A stretch of 64,000 bases of DNA from a virus: positions 64,001 through 128,000 of IMG/VR virus record IMGVR_UViG_3300035681_000001. One strand, given 5' to 3'. The notes beneath the pieces were generated by a model. That model searched no databases, had not been told where the DNA came from, and saw nothing but the letters and a program-made list of their open reading frames with translations. The translations under genes were made by a program, and so were the position numbers. Shown here one piece after another: positions 44,854 to 54,965 of this stretch; within the stretch, counting starts at the first letter, position 1, and every line of letters starts with the position of its first letter.

Positions 44854-47800
44854 ATGAACCCAGAAGAAAACCTAGATCTAAATGACGAACTAGACTCTGA
44901 GCTAGGGGAACTAGGTGGCGAGGATTCAGTAAAAGACCAAATAGCAGACGAGCTAGAAGGTAAGCACGATATTGCTGACGGTGACCACCAAAGCTCAGTC
45001 AAAGAATTCTTTCGTATTTACGACATTAAGGCTGGTGATCCTTTTAAAGCCGTAGAACTAGAAAGTACTGCATTCTTAGAAAAGGTAACAGCGCAAGAAC
45101 TACAAAATGTCAATCGGCTTAATAAACAAGAAGATCAACGAGCAGCAATTAATAAAACTCTAGAGACGTACCGAGAAGCACAGTCACAAATCACACAGCT
45201 GCAAGGTAACCGCTTAAGACAGTCACTGACTGCTTACGGTCACGCTATAACAGAACGCAGCGGAGGTTACATAGGACCTCAAACAGGCCTAACGTTCAGG
45301 GCTAGAACTGAAGACTATTTAGCCTTTAGTAGATCACTAGGTACCAGCCGGCTGGATATGGCTGTGTTCCAAGTACAAAACCAAGAACTACTAGGTGGTT
45401 TTTTGCGCGGTGGTGTGCGGAAATTGCAAATAACCACTCAACTAGATGAACCTATCGCGGCCTCTAGTGAAAGTGTTAGTAAGTGGTACGAAAACGAAAA
45501 ACAGAGATTTGGTATTACAGGGCCTAACGAAGTACTAGCCAGTGCTTTTAGGAATAGCCCACACTTAGGCCGAGCTGAAGTAACTGTGAGTGGTAGTTAT
45601 ATTAAAAAACCCAACGACACCCAACGCGGCTTGATGCACGCCAAAATAGCTGCTTTGTATGAAGGAGACGAGACAAACCAAAAACTAGTAGGTGCTTTTA
45701 TAGGCACACAAAACTTTACTAGAGCTCTAGCCAACACACGTACTGAAGAAGAAACTCTGTTTATCTCCTTAAAAGGAGATCAAAAGTATCTTGACGGTCA
45801 AGATCAACTAGAACGAGGTCGCGCACTGATCAGACAAAGAATAGCTAACGAGATAGCACTAGTTACTGAAGGAATCAGAGAAAACTTTACTGAAGCTCGT
45901 ACTAGTAGGCAACTAACCACAGACATAGACCGCAAACTGCAAAGAAGAAACGTAAGCTACGGTACGCACGTGTTGCCAGTAATAGGCGAGATGCTCAGTA
46001 CCGCTGTTACTGAAAAGAGACACGTGCTGTTGAATATGCAATATATAGAAAAGTTCTTAGCTGCTGAAGGAGAACACGAAGGTAAAATCTACGGCAGCTT
46101 AGCCACACTAGCCGCCGAAGGTCGCTTAACAGTAGCTGTCTCTGAGACCAGCTTAGCTAAAGGTACAGGCTATTACTCTTTAATGGACCAAGTAAGAAAA
46201 GATACGGTCAACAACACCTTAATACAAACACTGCTACAAAAAGATGCTTTTGCAGTGCTACCAACCAGGTTCTTACACACTAAAAGCATTGCTATTTTTG
46301 GAGACTCAACGCTAAGTAACTTAGTTGAGTACGGTATAGGCTCACAAAACCTTAGTGAAGAAAAATACACCTCCGCAGAATTAAACTTTGAAACTTGGGT
46401 CCGGTTAACTCAAGGTGGTCTGCCAGGAGACCTGGAAGACGAACTAACTGCGTTGGGAGTACACAGGTCTAGTGGTCAACTAGCAGCTACAGCTAGAACT
46501 CGCTCGCAACTATATGTAGACCGCATGGGGTCTGCTGCACAAGTAGCAAACTTAATAGACAAATTGGGTGAAATGGGTGGAGCCGATACACATTTGTTTG
46601 ACACACTAGAACCTGGAAAAAGGTTTAAATACAACGTTAGGTATAAGACTCCCAGCTTGATTCCAAACCTAGCCCAAAACTCAGCCCGATCAATAGCTGA
46701 AAAGGCTATGTCTGGTGTAGATATCTACCTACCTAGTGCTAACAACTACCGCTTGAGCGCGACCATAAGTGAAGAATATACTCACGACCTTAAAAGAAAA
46801 ATGCCGGTGGTTTACCTAAACACCGGCAACCGTATCATCACAGGTGCTATCTATCGTATAGCACGAGACCTAGAAGGTCAGGTTATGCTGCCTAACGGCA
46901 AAATAGCTAAAGCTGGAGACACCATAAAACTTGGTGCTCTAGAGGTATTCCAAAGTTTTATTGAAACCGTAATCAAAGCCACTGAGTACGAACGTAACTA
47001 CCGAGCGCCGGTACTGGTACTTAGGTCCATGGGTGTTGAAAAGCTAAGTCGATTTATTGACTCAGTACCTGGAGACCCGCAGGGTAAAAGAGACTTACTG
47101 TACCAACTACTAAGTCCAGAAAATAAAGGACAGCAAGCGCAAGGTTCACTAGAAGCTATACGACTATTACAATCCGTAATACGAGCTGACCCTACCGGCC
47201 GACTGCAGCGGATGGAAGCCGGGTTTGTGTCTACTGGTATTAGAAACGTAGTATCAAATATCTCAGCTAGTTTCTTACAACCACACGAAGAACTTTACTC
47301 AGGTGGGCACCTGACAGCAATCATGCCTATATTTGGCATGGACAATACCATATTCAGTAAGCACTTTAGTGGTAACTCCGGCACCGCTTTACTAAACCCT
47401 TACAAGCTGTCTCACTACGACTTAATAAACACCGGCGGGTTGGATTTATTCCGTGGAGTACAAGATTCTACTCAAATACGTACTACTAACTGGCAAGACC
47501 TAGAAGGAGGGTTGTACCACTCAGAAGGCGGCCCTACCAAAGTAACTGACATAGCCCAGTTCATCAGATCTACTAAAAATATGGCTGTTATTAATGAACA
47601 GTCGTTAAGAGAGTCTCAAGCGTTAGGGTTGACCAGCAACATACAGCTCACACCTGGTACTAATTTATACGTGATGCCTTACGGCAAGGCAGAACAAATT
47701 TCCGCTCGCTTGAAAAACAAAAAATCAGAACGGGTACTGCTAGAACCTAGTGACGAGCTGCTGAAATTCATACAACAAGGAGGCCGGAATGCTAATAACT

Positions 47801-50800
47801 TAATCCAAAACAACAACTTAATCAGAAATGCAGTTTCAGTAGACTTACCACCTGAGCAATTTGCTATCTATCGTCAGATCCTGGCAGAACAAAGAGGTGA
47901 TACTCAAAAAACTCTAGAAATACTACGTGAAAGGCAATCCAACCCTTTAACTGCTATGCAAGGGTTGTTAGGTGCTAGTCAGTATCAAAAAGTACTGATC
48001 TCAGCCGGTTTTAGTATGCAGTCTGATTTCTCGTACTTTAATGAAAAGTATCTAGACAGACCCTTAGTAGACCAAACCATAAAGTCTTACTCTTTTAGCA
48101 GCGATAACGTAGGCTCAGCTTTAACGCTAGCCAGACAAGCTAAAGAAAAACTCCGTAAGGGTACTATATTCCTAGCCGAGGACATAGACCTAGAAGATTA
48201 CTCTAGGCTAGTAGGAGGAGAAAGCTATTCCGACGCTTTTGTAAAAGCGTACCTAGTTAAAAGCGAAAGTACTTATTCGTGGGGTGAAAACGTAGATGCA
48301 GAAACCAGAAAACAACTGAACAAAATGGTGTTTGTGGATCTTACTGATCCTGCAAAACCCATACTAAAACTTAAAAAGGGTGTTTACTACAACGACAGCC
48401 AAGAAATACTGGGTCTACAAAAGATCGGTAAAATGAACTCTACTTCTCTAACCTTTACCATTGACGGCCTAGAGGTACAAAGCAGAGAAAACCGCAAGCT
48501 CAGAACCTTCACTCTACCGCTGGATAACTCAGCTATTTCTCGTCGAGCTCACCGATCTATAGCTGTGTTAAAAGAAGATGCTATGGTCAGCCAACAAGGA
48601 CCCAACGTACGATTAGAAGCTACTTACAGTACGTTGCTGTTTGGTCAAACCGGGATGCGTACGATAGGAGCCAAAGGTCCTATCTATTCCGTGATGGAAA
48701 GTTTCTTTGAAGGACTAGCTAAAAACAGAGGTTGGGATAACAGCGCTGTAGCAGTAATAAACCCTAGTCAGATCAAAGACTATAACTTCGGAGACGGGTT
48801 CTCTAAGCTGTCTGATAAAAACCACTTTTTAAGAACTGGTGCAGCTGACGCTGACCAACTAGAGTACTTTAGGCAAGGTCTGCAATACCTAATAGACACT
48901 GGTAGGAACACTGAAAAAAACCTACTAGCACGTGGCGGCCCACTAAAGTGGGGTTGGGACATATATGAACTTTTAGGAGACTTAGAGCTTAACGAAATAC
49001 AACAAATCACCACTGAACAAGCTGCAGAAAAACTCAAAAGAGTACAGCAGTTTAGTGCAAAAATCTATGGTAACAAAAACTACTTCCAAGGCGGAGCCAT
49101 AGTATCTAACACATTAACTCGCGGTCTGAGCATACTAGCCACAGTTAGCTCTCAAGCTGAAGACATCGCCACGCAAAAAGAACTGTATTTAAGTAGAAAA
49201 AAACCGGGTGCACTAGAAACAGAAATAAACTACGACAGTGTGGCACTACAAGAATACCTCTATGACTCGCAGAACCCTCGTAACCGCACTAGGGAATCCC
49301 AAGCTTTGATCTTTGGTATAAATCTAAGGAACTTAAGAGAAAACGAATTAGCGGCAGCTTTCCAATTAATGGAAGCTACGTATGGTAACAACATAATGCT
49401 ACGAGCAAACATAGACTTGAGTTTCAGCCGGATTGCCGTTTCGATGGGCATGAAAACTGAAACCAAACTAGAAGCTGCCTACGCAATGGCCATGACTCAA
49501 AACCAGCTAAAAGCGTACACTTACCAAAAAGGCGGCGCTGAAGGCCTGCAAGGTGCGCTGGTAATGCTGGCTCAGTTAAACAATCGTGTAGTAAGCACTG
49601 ACGCCGTAAGCAGATACTACTCATTTGCACAAGAAACAAACTTACTAGAATTTGGTCTTAAAGAAAAAGCCAAAAAGTCTAAAAACTGGAGGGATCAGTT
49701 AAGAGCCAACGCGTTTGTGGCTGCTTTTACGAGTAAGTACTCCATATACTCCAGACAAGACCTGGTTGAAATAGAAGAAGACCGACAGCGCCGAGTCAGA
49801 GAGGAACCTATCAAAAGTTTGGTAGACGAATTTGAAAGAGGATTGTACAGGGACATAATCCCTAAAACTGAGCTGCTAACTGCACCTACTAACATTCTGT
49901 TAAACAGAATGGAAACCTATGGCGGCATCATGAGTTCTGGAACAGTAGAGCAAGCCGCTAAAGCAATGATCGAACAGTTAAAAATAGTTAGAGGTACAGA
50001 GTTTAGAGCAGGTATGCAGCAAAATTACGGAAAATTAGAATCAGGGAAACTCACTAGTAAAAAAGCTGGTGCTAAAAGGTTTACAGAAAGTGGCAGCTTT
50101 TATAAGGAGTGGTTTTACTCAAAAGAAGCAAAATCTGATCGTTTTACTTTTACTAAAAGCATAGAAATACCATCTAATATATTCTCTCCAAAAGGGCTAA
50201 GTGAAAACTTTTTGCAATATGCAGGGTCTTTTATAGAAGAACGGTTAGGTAAAGGAAACCTACTTAAAATTACGAATTATGTCCAACTGCTAGATACTAT
50301 AAAAAAAGCAGAAACTACTCCAAGCGGGTCGCTAACATTCAAAAGTTACTACGAAAAACGCTTCAGAGAAACTTTTGATACTCCAGAGACCTTAGAGTAC
50401 TACACAAACCTAATAACTAAAAGCCGGGAACGCATTTCTAGTAACGATGGCTCAGAATACCTAGAATCCATGCGCTCCCTGGCTCTTTATGCAAAAAAAG
50501 ACTCAACACTAATGCGCACCGTACAGCAATCTCAGTTGCTGCACCTACCTATGTTAGAAATGACTGGTAGCGGTGACTCGCTAAGGTACCACCTGTCAGA
50601 TCAAGTAGTAAGTGGTGCCAGGTACGGTCTGGACATCCTAGAGCAAATTAGCTTAGTGTTCCACGGCTACAGCTCAAACATTTTAATAGAACAGCGTAAT
50701 CTACAGTCTTACTTAACAGAAGCCATCCGCAGTGGGTTGCTAAAGAAAATAACTCAAGGGATCCAGCAAGGAGAGGCTTACCAAGGCTTAGACCTAAATG

Positions 50801-53800
50801 CTAAAGAAGTAGAACTCTATCAAAACCTAGTAAACACTTTAGGTAGTACGCCGCAAAGCATTCAAACACTGTTTGAAGCTAAAGACGTAATGCGTCAAAG
50901 TGAAGGCGACCGCCTCAAGATGTCAGGTACTACCTTTGTAGGTATTAACAGTGCCTTAGTAGCTGTTAAGGACTTGATATTAGGTGACCAAATCGAGCAT
51001 GTTTTTAACACTGGAGGCACCAAAGGTACTGAAGGGTTAGCTCAAACTTTAATAAAAGAACTAAACGCAACTAGCAAACGCGCTCAAGAAGCTACAAACC
51101 AAGCTCTAGCCATAAAAAGACTGTACTTAGTCGACAGCGGCTTTAGTGACCTACCTACCGAACAAAGCTTTAAAACACAAAGCAAAGCACTAAAAGAAAT
51201 AGCAAGCGAATGGAAAACAGCCGGTAAAGATAAAGAAGCCAGAAAAGTACACGAGCTAAGGTTCTACGAAACTATGCTAGGTCTGAGTGCCGGAGACCTA
51301 AGTACAGAAGAAAAACTAAAAACCCACACTGAGAAATTGTCGTCACTATACAGAGTAGCTAATGCAGTTCGTACTGGCGCACCTTACGGCATAGCACAAG
51401 ACTCAGCTTTGATTCCAGTACAAGTCAAGGGTTTAGACGCTTTAAAAACCGCTGGTACCACTACTGGTACGTTGTTGCAGCCAGGCAGGCACAACACCAC
51501 AGCTATGATCAGCTCTAGTTTGTCGTATATGTTTACGCAACTAGGAGACTACGACGGGGATACTTTCCAAGTAGCTTTTCCTGCAATAGTACAAGAACTA
51601 GCTAAAATAAAACTTACTCAAAACAAATTAGCCAGCCTAAAACCAGGTACCGAGGCCTTTAAAAACACTTCAACAGACCTAGTTGATTTACAAAAACAAC
51701 ACACTGAAGCCATAAATGCACTTACTGGACACCTGCAGAACATCGCAGAAATGCAAAAATCTGCGCTGCAGCGGTTTAGTTCACGTTACTACGGCTTCGA
51801 TAAAGAACTACTGCGATACATGACCAATGAAGAACTGCAGCACCTTAGCTTGCAGTTCCGGGATACTATGTCAGGTTCAGACAAAGGAGCTGAGTACGTC
51901 AATGAAAGCTGGCGGCTAATCACTAGGTTAGTAAAAGCTGCTGAAGCAGTAAATCCCACTAAGCTACTTGACTACGGAACTCTATTAGAGGACTTACAAC
52001 TCACTGATGGAGAACTGAAAAAAGACCTAGCTCAGGCTTTGGACCCTGAAAAAAAGTTCACAGAAATAAACGGATTAACTGTAAGAGAGTACATAAACCA
52101 GCTGCAAATCCTTAAAAACGCAGAATTTGCAGAAACTAACGTCCGCAGCATGTTAAAAAATAGTATGGGTACTGTACTAAGCGGCGTAGAACTAGAAACC
52201 CTAGGTGCTGTAGTAGGTACTACTGGTATGGGTATGCTCGGAGTTACCTATAATTCCGTCACACCTTTGATGGAATTAGTACAAGGTCAAGAAATGGCCC
52301 AACGGGCTTTGAGTAAGCCTGAAGGTGATTCTTTGTTGCAAGGCTTAGTCAACCAAACTCAAGCAGCACTCAATACGACAGTAAAACTAGAAAAAAACCA
52401 ATTAATCAAAACACTAGACCTACAAGTAGGCATAGCCCATAATTTCTCCTTGACCACGCAGCAATTCATGCGTGATGCTGCGCTGAAGCCTAAGCAAGGC
52501 GGAGGCATACTACAGCTAGCTGCTGAATATAAGTTAAGTGAAAAGCTAAAAGAAGCTGCTAACAGTCAAACAACAGAAGAACTAAAAAGAACTGCAGTAG
52601 AACGTACTCTAAAAACTTTCATTAATACTAAAGTAGGCTCTCAACTGGGCGTAGGCAGTGCTAATAATTACAGTGCGTTCGCAGCTCTAACACTAGTAAA
52701 TGAATACTTAGGTAGTAGACTCACAGCCGAAGAAATAATAAATGATGGTATGCTAAGCAGCTACCTACAGAACAAATGGAGAGAAAACCGAGACCTAACA
52801 GCAGACCGACTAGTAGCTACCGAAATAACAAAATTACATAACCTGTTCAAAATAGACTACGTAACCAACCACATCCTAAAAGTAGACTCTAGTGTAAACG
52901 GAGGTGTACAAAGGCTAGTAGAAGTAATTAAACAGACTGCTTATGGCCAAAGTGTTAAAAATGCGGGGTACGATGACGAAGCTTACGTTAAAGGTTACCT
53001 AGACCAGCGGTTTAACAGCAAAGAATACACCGAAGGTTCAGTAGACCTACTAATACAAGGCAAACAATTTAGTCAAGAACTCCAAAAAATAGCCGCAGGA
53101 GAAAGTCCTTTAATAGGTGCTTTAGGTAAAGGTGTTTCTCAGTACCTAGCTGCAGCTACGCTGCACAACCGTAAAGGCGGAGACCAAACCGCTCGTCTTA
53201 ACTTGATGAACCAGCTAAGAACTAGTTCTGACAACTTTTACGAGAACTTTACCGAAAACGTTACTTCTAAAAAAGAAGAAACCTACAAAGCTGCTCTAGC
53301 TATAAGTGCTGTAAGTGGTCTGCTACCTATAAAAATTGCATCAGCACTTCAAAACGCTACCCCCGAGCAAAGAGGTAAGTTCTTAACTTCACCTGAAGTT
53401 CAAAATTACATAAACGCTACTTTAAGAGAGTCAGGAACCATAGCCACTGGTGTAACAGCAAACGAGCAGCAAATGCGTTTGTTAAGGCAAGTACTAAATA
53501 CTGACACTAGTGACAGCGGTACTATTCAACTTCAAGCACTATCAAGAGGTGCGGCACCTATTTCAGGTGTTGCGGAGAACCCAGAAATTGAAGCACTGCA
53601 AAGAAGCATAGACGACGTATGGGCTAAAACAGAACCTATAATGGCAGCAGAAAACCAGCAACGAATTGCAGAATCAGAAGCTCGGATAAAAACTGAAACT
53701 ACTAGGTTAGTAAAAGCTCATCGTAAGGCTGAAATATTCTCAATACTAGCTGTACCCGCATTGTTAGCTACTTTCTCAGGACAAACCCTAAAACCAGAAG

Positions 53801-54489
53801 AAATAGGCTCTATAGCCACCAACGTATTCCAAGCTGGATTGATGGCTACCAGCTTTAACAATTCAGCAGTAGGTCAGTTCTTAGCTCCTGATAAAGTAGA
53901 CGCTAAGTCCATAAAAGTCCTAGCTGAAGCTGATCGAGCTATGCAATATACCCGGTTGCGGGAGTTTGTTAGGTCTAATGAAAACCCACTAACGGGAGTA
54001 GCCCAAGCTGCTGCTTTTGAGGCTTCAGGTAGAGCTGCCAGTCATGCCGCTGCGTTGTTAATACAACGTGCAGCTCCTAGGTTAGCTGAATCAAGCGCAG
54101 GTCGAGGTACCACTGAAGTCTTAGGCGGGTTATTAGGCTTAGCTGTGAGCGGTGTATTAACCAACCGACCTATAACTGGATTAAATGAAGGCATGGGTTC
54201 AGTAGTAACCTACGCCGCTGCGGCCCTACAAAACCTACAAATTTCACTACAAGAAGCTCAAAACCGGTATATGTCTTCTTATTTAGATCCAGAAGATTCT
54301 ACTGAGATGTCCTTAAGCATATCAGGAGATACTGATTCCAGCGTTTACCCTTCAGAGCTAGAACTACAAGCTAGGACAGGCTGGGATCCCAGAGTAGAGC
54401 TCTATGATCCAGTAGCTTTTGAAGGCACTATAGATATAGAACCCCAATTACTGGGACCTGATTCCATTGAATCTATAAGCCTCGGATGA
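44854..54489 (+). CDS. 3,211-aa single-chain two-barrel RNA polymerase (probably virion-packaged) with N-terminal double-HKD PLD domain
   Basis: Beta'-like VRTGAP (R2173) and LGDYDGD (D2232-D2236); beta-like GMRTIGAKG...AVINP (1267-1304); HAK...GTQN (262-287) and HTK...GSQN (475-499). Confidence 0.8.
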   Translation: MNPEENLDLNDELDSELGELGGEDSVKDQIADELEGKHDIADGDHQSSVKEFFRIYDIKAGDPFKAVELESTAFLEKVTAQELQNVNRLNKQEDQRAAINKTLETYREAQSQITQLQGNRLRQSLTAYGHAITERSGGYIGPQTGLTFRARTEDYLAFSRSLGTSRLDMAVFQVQNQELLGGFLRGGVRKLQITTQLDEPIAASSESVSKWYENEKQRFGITGPNEVLASAFRNSPHLGRAEVTVSGSYIKKPNDTQRGLMHAKIAALYEGDETNQKLVGAFIGTQNFTRALANTRTEEETLFISLKGDQKYLDGQDQLERGRALIRQRIANEIALVTEGIRENFTEARTSRQLTTDIDRKLQRRNVSYGTHVLPVIGEMLSTAVTEKRHVLLNMQYIEKFLAAEGEHEGKIYGSLATLAAEGRLTVAVSETSLAKGTGYYSLMDQVRKDTVNNTLIQTLLQKDAFAVLPTRFLHTKSIAIFGDSTLSNLVEYGIGSQNLSEEKYTSAELNFETWVRLTQGGLPGDLEDELTALGVHRSSGQLAATARTRSQLYVDRMGSAAQVANLIDKLGEMGGADTHLFDTLEPGKRFKYNVRYKTPSLIPNLAQNSARSIAEKAMSGVDIYLPSANNYRLSATISEEYTHDLKRKMPVVYLNTGNRIITGAIYRIARDLEGQVMLPNGKIAKAGDTIKLGALEVFQSFIETVIKATEYERNYRAPVLVLRSMGVEKLSRFIDSVPGDPQGKRDLLYQLLSPENKGQQAQGSLEAIRLLQSVIRADPTGRLQRMEAGFVSTGIRNVVSNISASFLQPHEELYSGGHLTAIMPIFGMDNTIFSKHFSGNSGTALLNPYKLSHYDLINTGGLDLFRGVQDSTQIRTTNWQDLEGGLYHSEGGPTKVTDIAQFIRSTKNMAVINEQSLRESQALGLTSNIQLTPGTNLYVMPYGKAEQISARLKNKKSERVLLEPSDELLKFIQQGGRNANNLIQNNNLIRNAVSVDLPPEQFAIYRQILAEQRGDTQKTLEILRERQSNPLTAMQGLLGASQYQKVLISAGFSMQSDFSYFNEKYLDRPLVDQTIKSYSFSSDNVGSALTLARQAKEKLRKGTIFLAEDIDLEDYSRLVGGESYSDAFVKAYLVKSESTYSWGENVDAETRKQLNKMVFVDLTDPAKPILKLKKGVYYNDSQEILGLQKIGKMNSTSLTFTIDGLEVQSRENRKLRTFTLPLDNSAISRRAHRSIAVLKEDAMVSQQGPNVRLEATYSTLLFGQTGMRTIGAKGPIYSVMESFFEGLAKNRGWDNSAVAVINPSQIKDYNFGDGFSKLSDKNHFLRTGAADADQLEYFRQGLQYLIDTGRNTEKNLLARGGPLKWGWDIYELLGDLELNEIQQITTEQAAEKLKRVQQFSAKIYGNKNYFQGGAIVSNTLTRGLSILATVSSQAEDIATQKELYLSRKKPGALETEINYDSVALQEYLYDSQNPRNRTRESQALIFGINLRNLRENELAAAFQLMEATYGNNIMLRANIDLSFSRIAVSMGMKTETKLEAAYAMAMTQNQLKAYTYQKGGAEGLQGALVMLAQLNNRVVSTDAVSRYYSFAQETNLLEFGLKEKAKKSKNWRDQLRANAFVAAFTSKYSIYSRQDLVEIEEDRQRRVREEPIKSLVDEFERGLYRDIIPKTELLTAPTNILLNRMETYGGIMSSGTVEQAAKAMIEQLKIVRGTEFRAGMQQNYGKLESGKLTSKKAGAKRFTESGSFYKEWFYSKEAKSDRFTFTKSIEIPSNIFSPKGLSENFLQYAGSFIEERLGKGNLLKITNYVQLLDTIKKAETTPSGSLTFKSYYEKRFRETFDTPETLEYYTNLITKSRERISSNDGSEYLESMRSLALYAKKDSTLMRTVQQSQLLHLPMLEMTGSGDSLRYHLSDQVVSGARYGLDILEQISLVFHGYSSNILIEQRNLQSYLTEAIRSGLLKKITQGIQQGEAYQGLDLNAKEVELYQNLVNTLGSTPQSIQTLFEAKDVMRQSEGDRLKMSGTTFVGINSALVAVKDLILGDQIEHVFNTGGTKGTEGLAQTLIKELNATSKRAQEATNQALAIKRLYLVDSGFSDLPTEQSFKTQSKALKEIASEWKTAGKDKEARKVHELRFYETMLGLSAGDLSTEEKLKTHTEKLSSLYRVANAVRTGAPYGIAQDSALIPVQVKGLDALKTAGTTTGTLLQPGRHNTTAMISSSLSYMFTQLGDYDGDTFQVAFPAIVQELAKIKLTQNKLASLKPGTEAFKNTSTDLVDLQKQHTEAINALTGHLQNIAEMQKSALQRFSSRYYGFDKELLRYMTNEELQHLSLQFRDTMSGSDKGAEYVNESWRLITRLVKAAEAVNPTKLLDYGTLLEDLQLTDGELKKDLAQALDPEKKFTEINGLTVREYINQLQILKNAEFAETNVRSMLKNSMGTVLSGVELETLGAVVGTTGMGMLGVTYNSVTPLMELVQGQEMAQRALSKPEGDSLLQGLVNQTQAALNTTVKLEKNQLIKTLDLQVGIAHNFSLTTQQFMRDAALKPKQGGGILQLAAEYKLSEKLKEAANSQTTEELKRTAVERTLKTFINTKVGSQLGVGSANNYSAFAALTLVNEYLGSRLTAEEIINDGMLSSYLQNKWRENRDLTADRLVATEITKLHNLFKIDYVTNHILKVDSSVNGGVQRLVEVIKQTAYGQSVKNAGYDDEAYVKGYLDQRFNSKEYTEGSVDLLIQGKQFSQELQKIAAGESPLIGALGKGVSQYLAAATLHNRKGGDQTARLNLMNQLRTSSDNFYENFTENVTSKKEETYKAALAISAVSGLLPIKIASALQNATPEQRGKFLTSPEVQNYINATLRESGTIATGVTANEQQMRLLRQVLNTDTSDSGTIQLQALSRGAAPISGVAENPEIEALQRSIDDVWAKTEPIMAAENQQRIAESEARIKTETTRLVKAHRKAEIFSILAVPALLATFSGQTLKPEEIGSIATNVFQAGLMATSFNNSAVGQFLAPDKVDAKSIKVLAEADRAMQYTRLREFVRSNENPLTGVAQAAAFEASGRAASHAAALLIQRAAPRLAESSAGRGTTEVLGGLLGLAVSGVLTNRPITGLNEGMGSVVTYAAAALQNLQISLQEAQNRYMSSYLDPEDSTEMSLSISGDTDSSVYPSELELQARTGWDPRVELYDPVAFEGTIDIEPQLLGPDSIESISLG

Positions 54490-54965
54490 CTTCAGCCCGT
54501 ACTGAAAACTTTAGCTACCAAACGTTAGCCTATATGGTAGGTAGGTCTTACGTGCTGGGCATAGGAAAAACTTCAAGCTGGGCTGTAGAAGCGGCACCAC
54601 CTAACGTGGATCCCTCAATAACTGAAGTTCCGGAGTTAGGATTGTTAATACCTGCTGCTTTAACAGCCGTTTATTGGGATCCTAACGGACTTATAAGTGT
54701 AAACGGCGTGCACTACTCAACAGCTAACAACCTAGCAGATATAACCACTAACCACGCTACTAGGCTTTTGGCTACAGCTACTTTAAGTCACAACAACCTA
54801 ACCCTAGCTAGCTACCGTGCGTTAGGATTGTATCTAGCTAGTCCTAGTGGTGTGGGCCCTTGGTTACCTGCTGCGGTGACTGCTAGGACATTAGTATACG
54901 CAACGTACCAACCACCTACTACAGTTACGGCTAATTTGACAGAAAACATAAAGCTGGTCTTCTGA
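54486..54965 (+). CDS. Putative baseplate/tail protein
   Basis: YVLGIGKTSSWAVEAAPP...YRALGLY resembles small baseplate proteins; tentative. Confidence 0.45.
   Translation: MTSARTENFSYQTLAYMVGRSYVLGIGKTSSWAVEAAPPNVDPSITEVPELGLLIPAALTAVYWDPNGLISVNGVHYSTANNLADITTNHATRLLATATLSHNNLTLASYRALGLYLASPSGVGPWLPAAVTARTLVYATYQPPTTVTANLTENIKLVF

Noticed and set aside
46173-49895. Minus-strand ORFs within the RNAP gene
   Set aside because: Antisense shadows.
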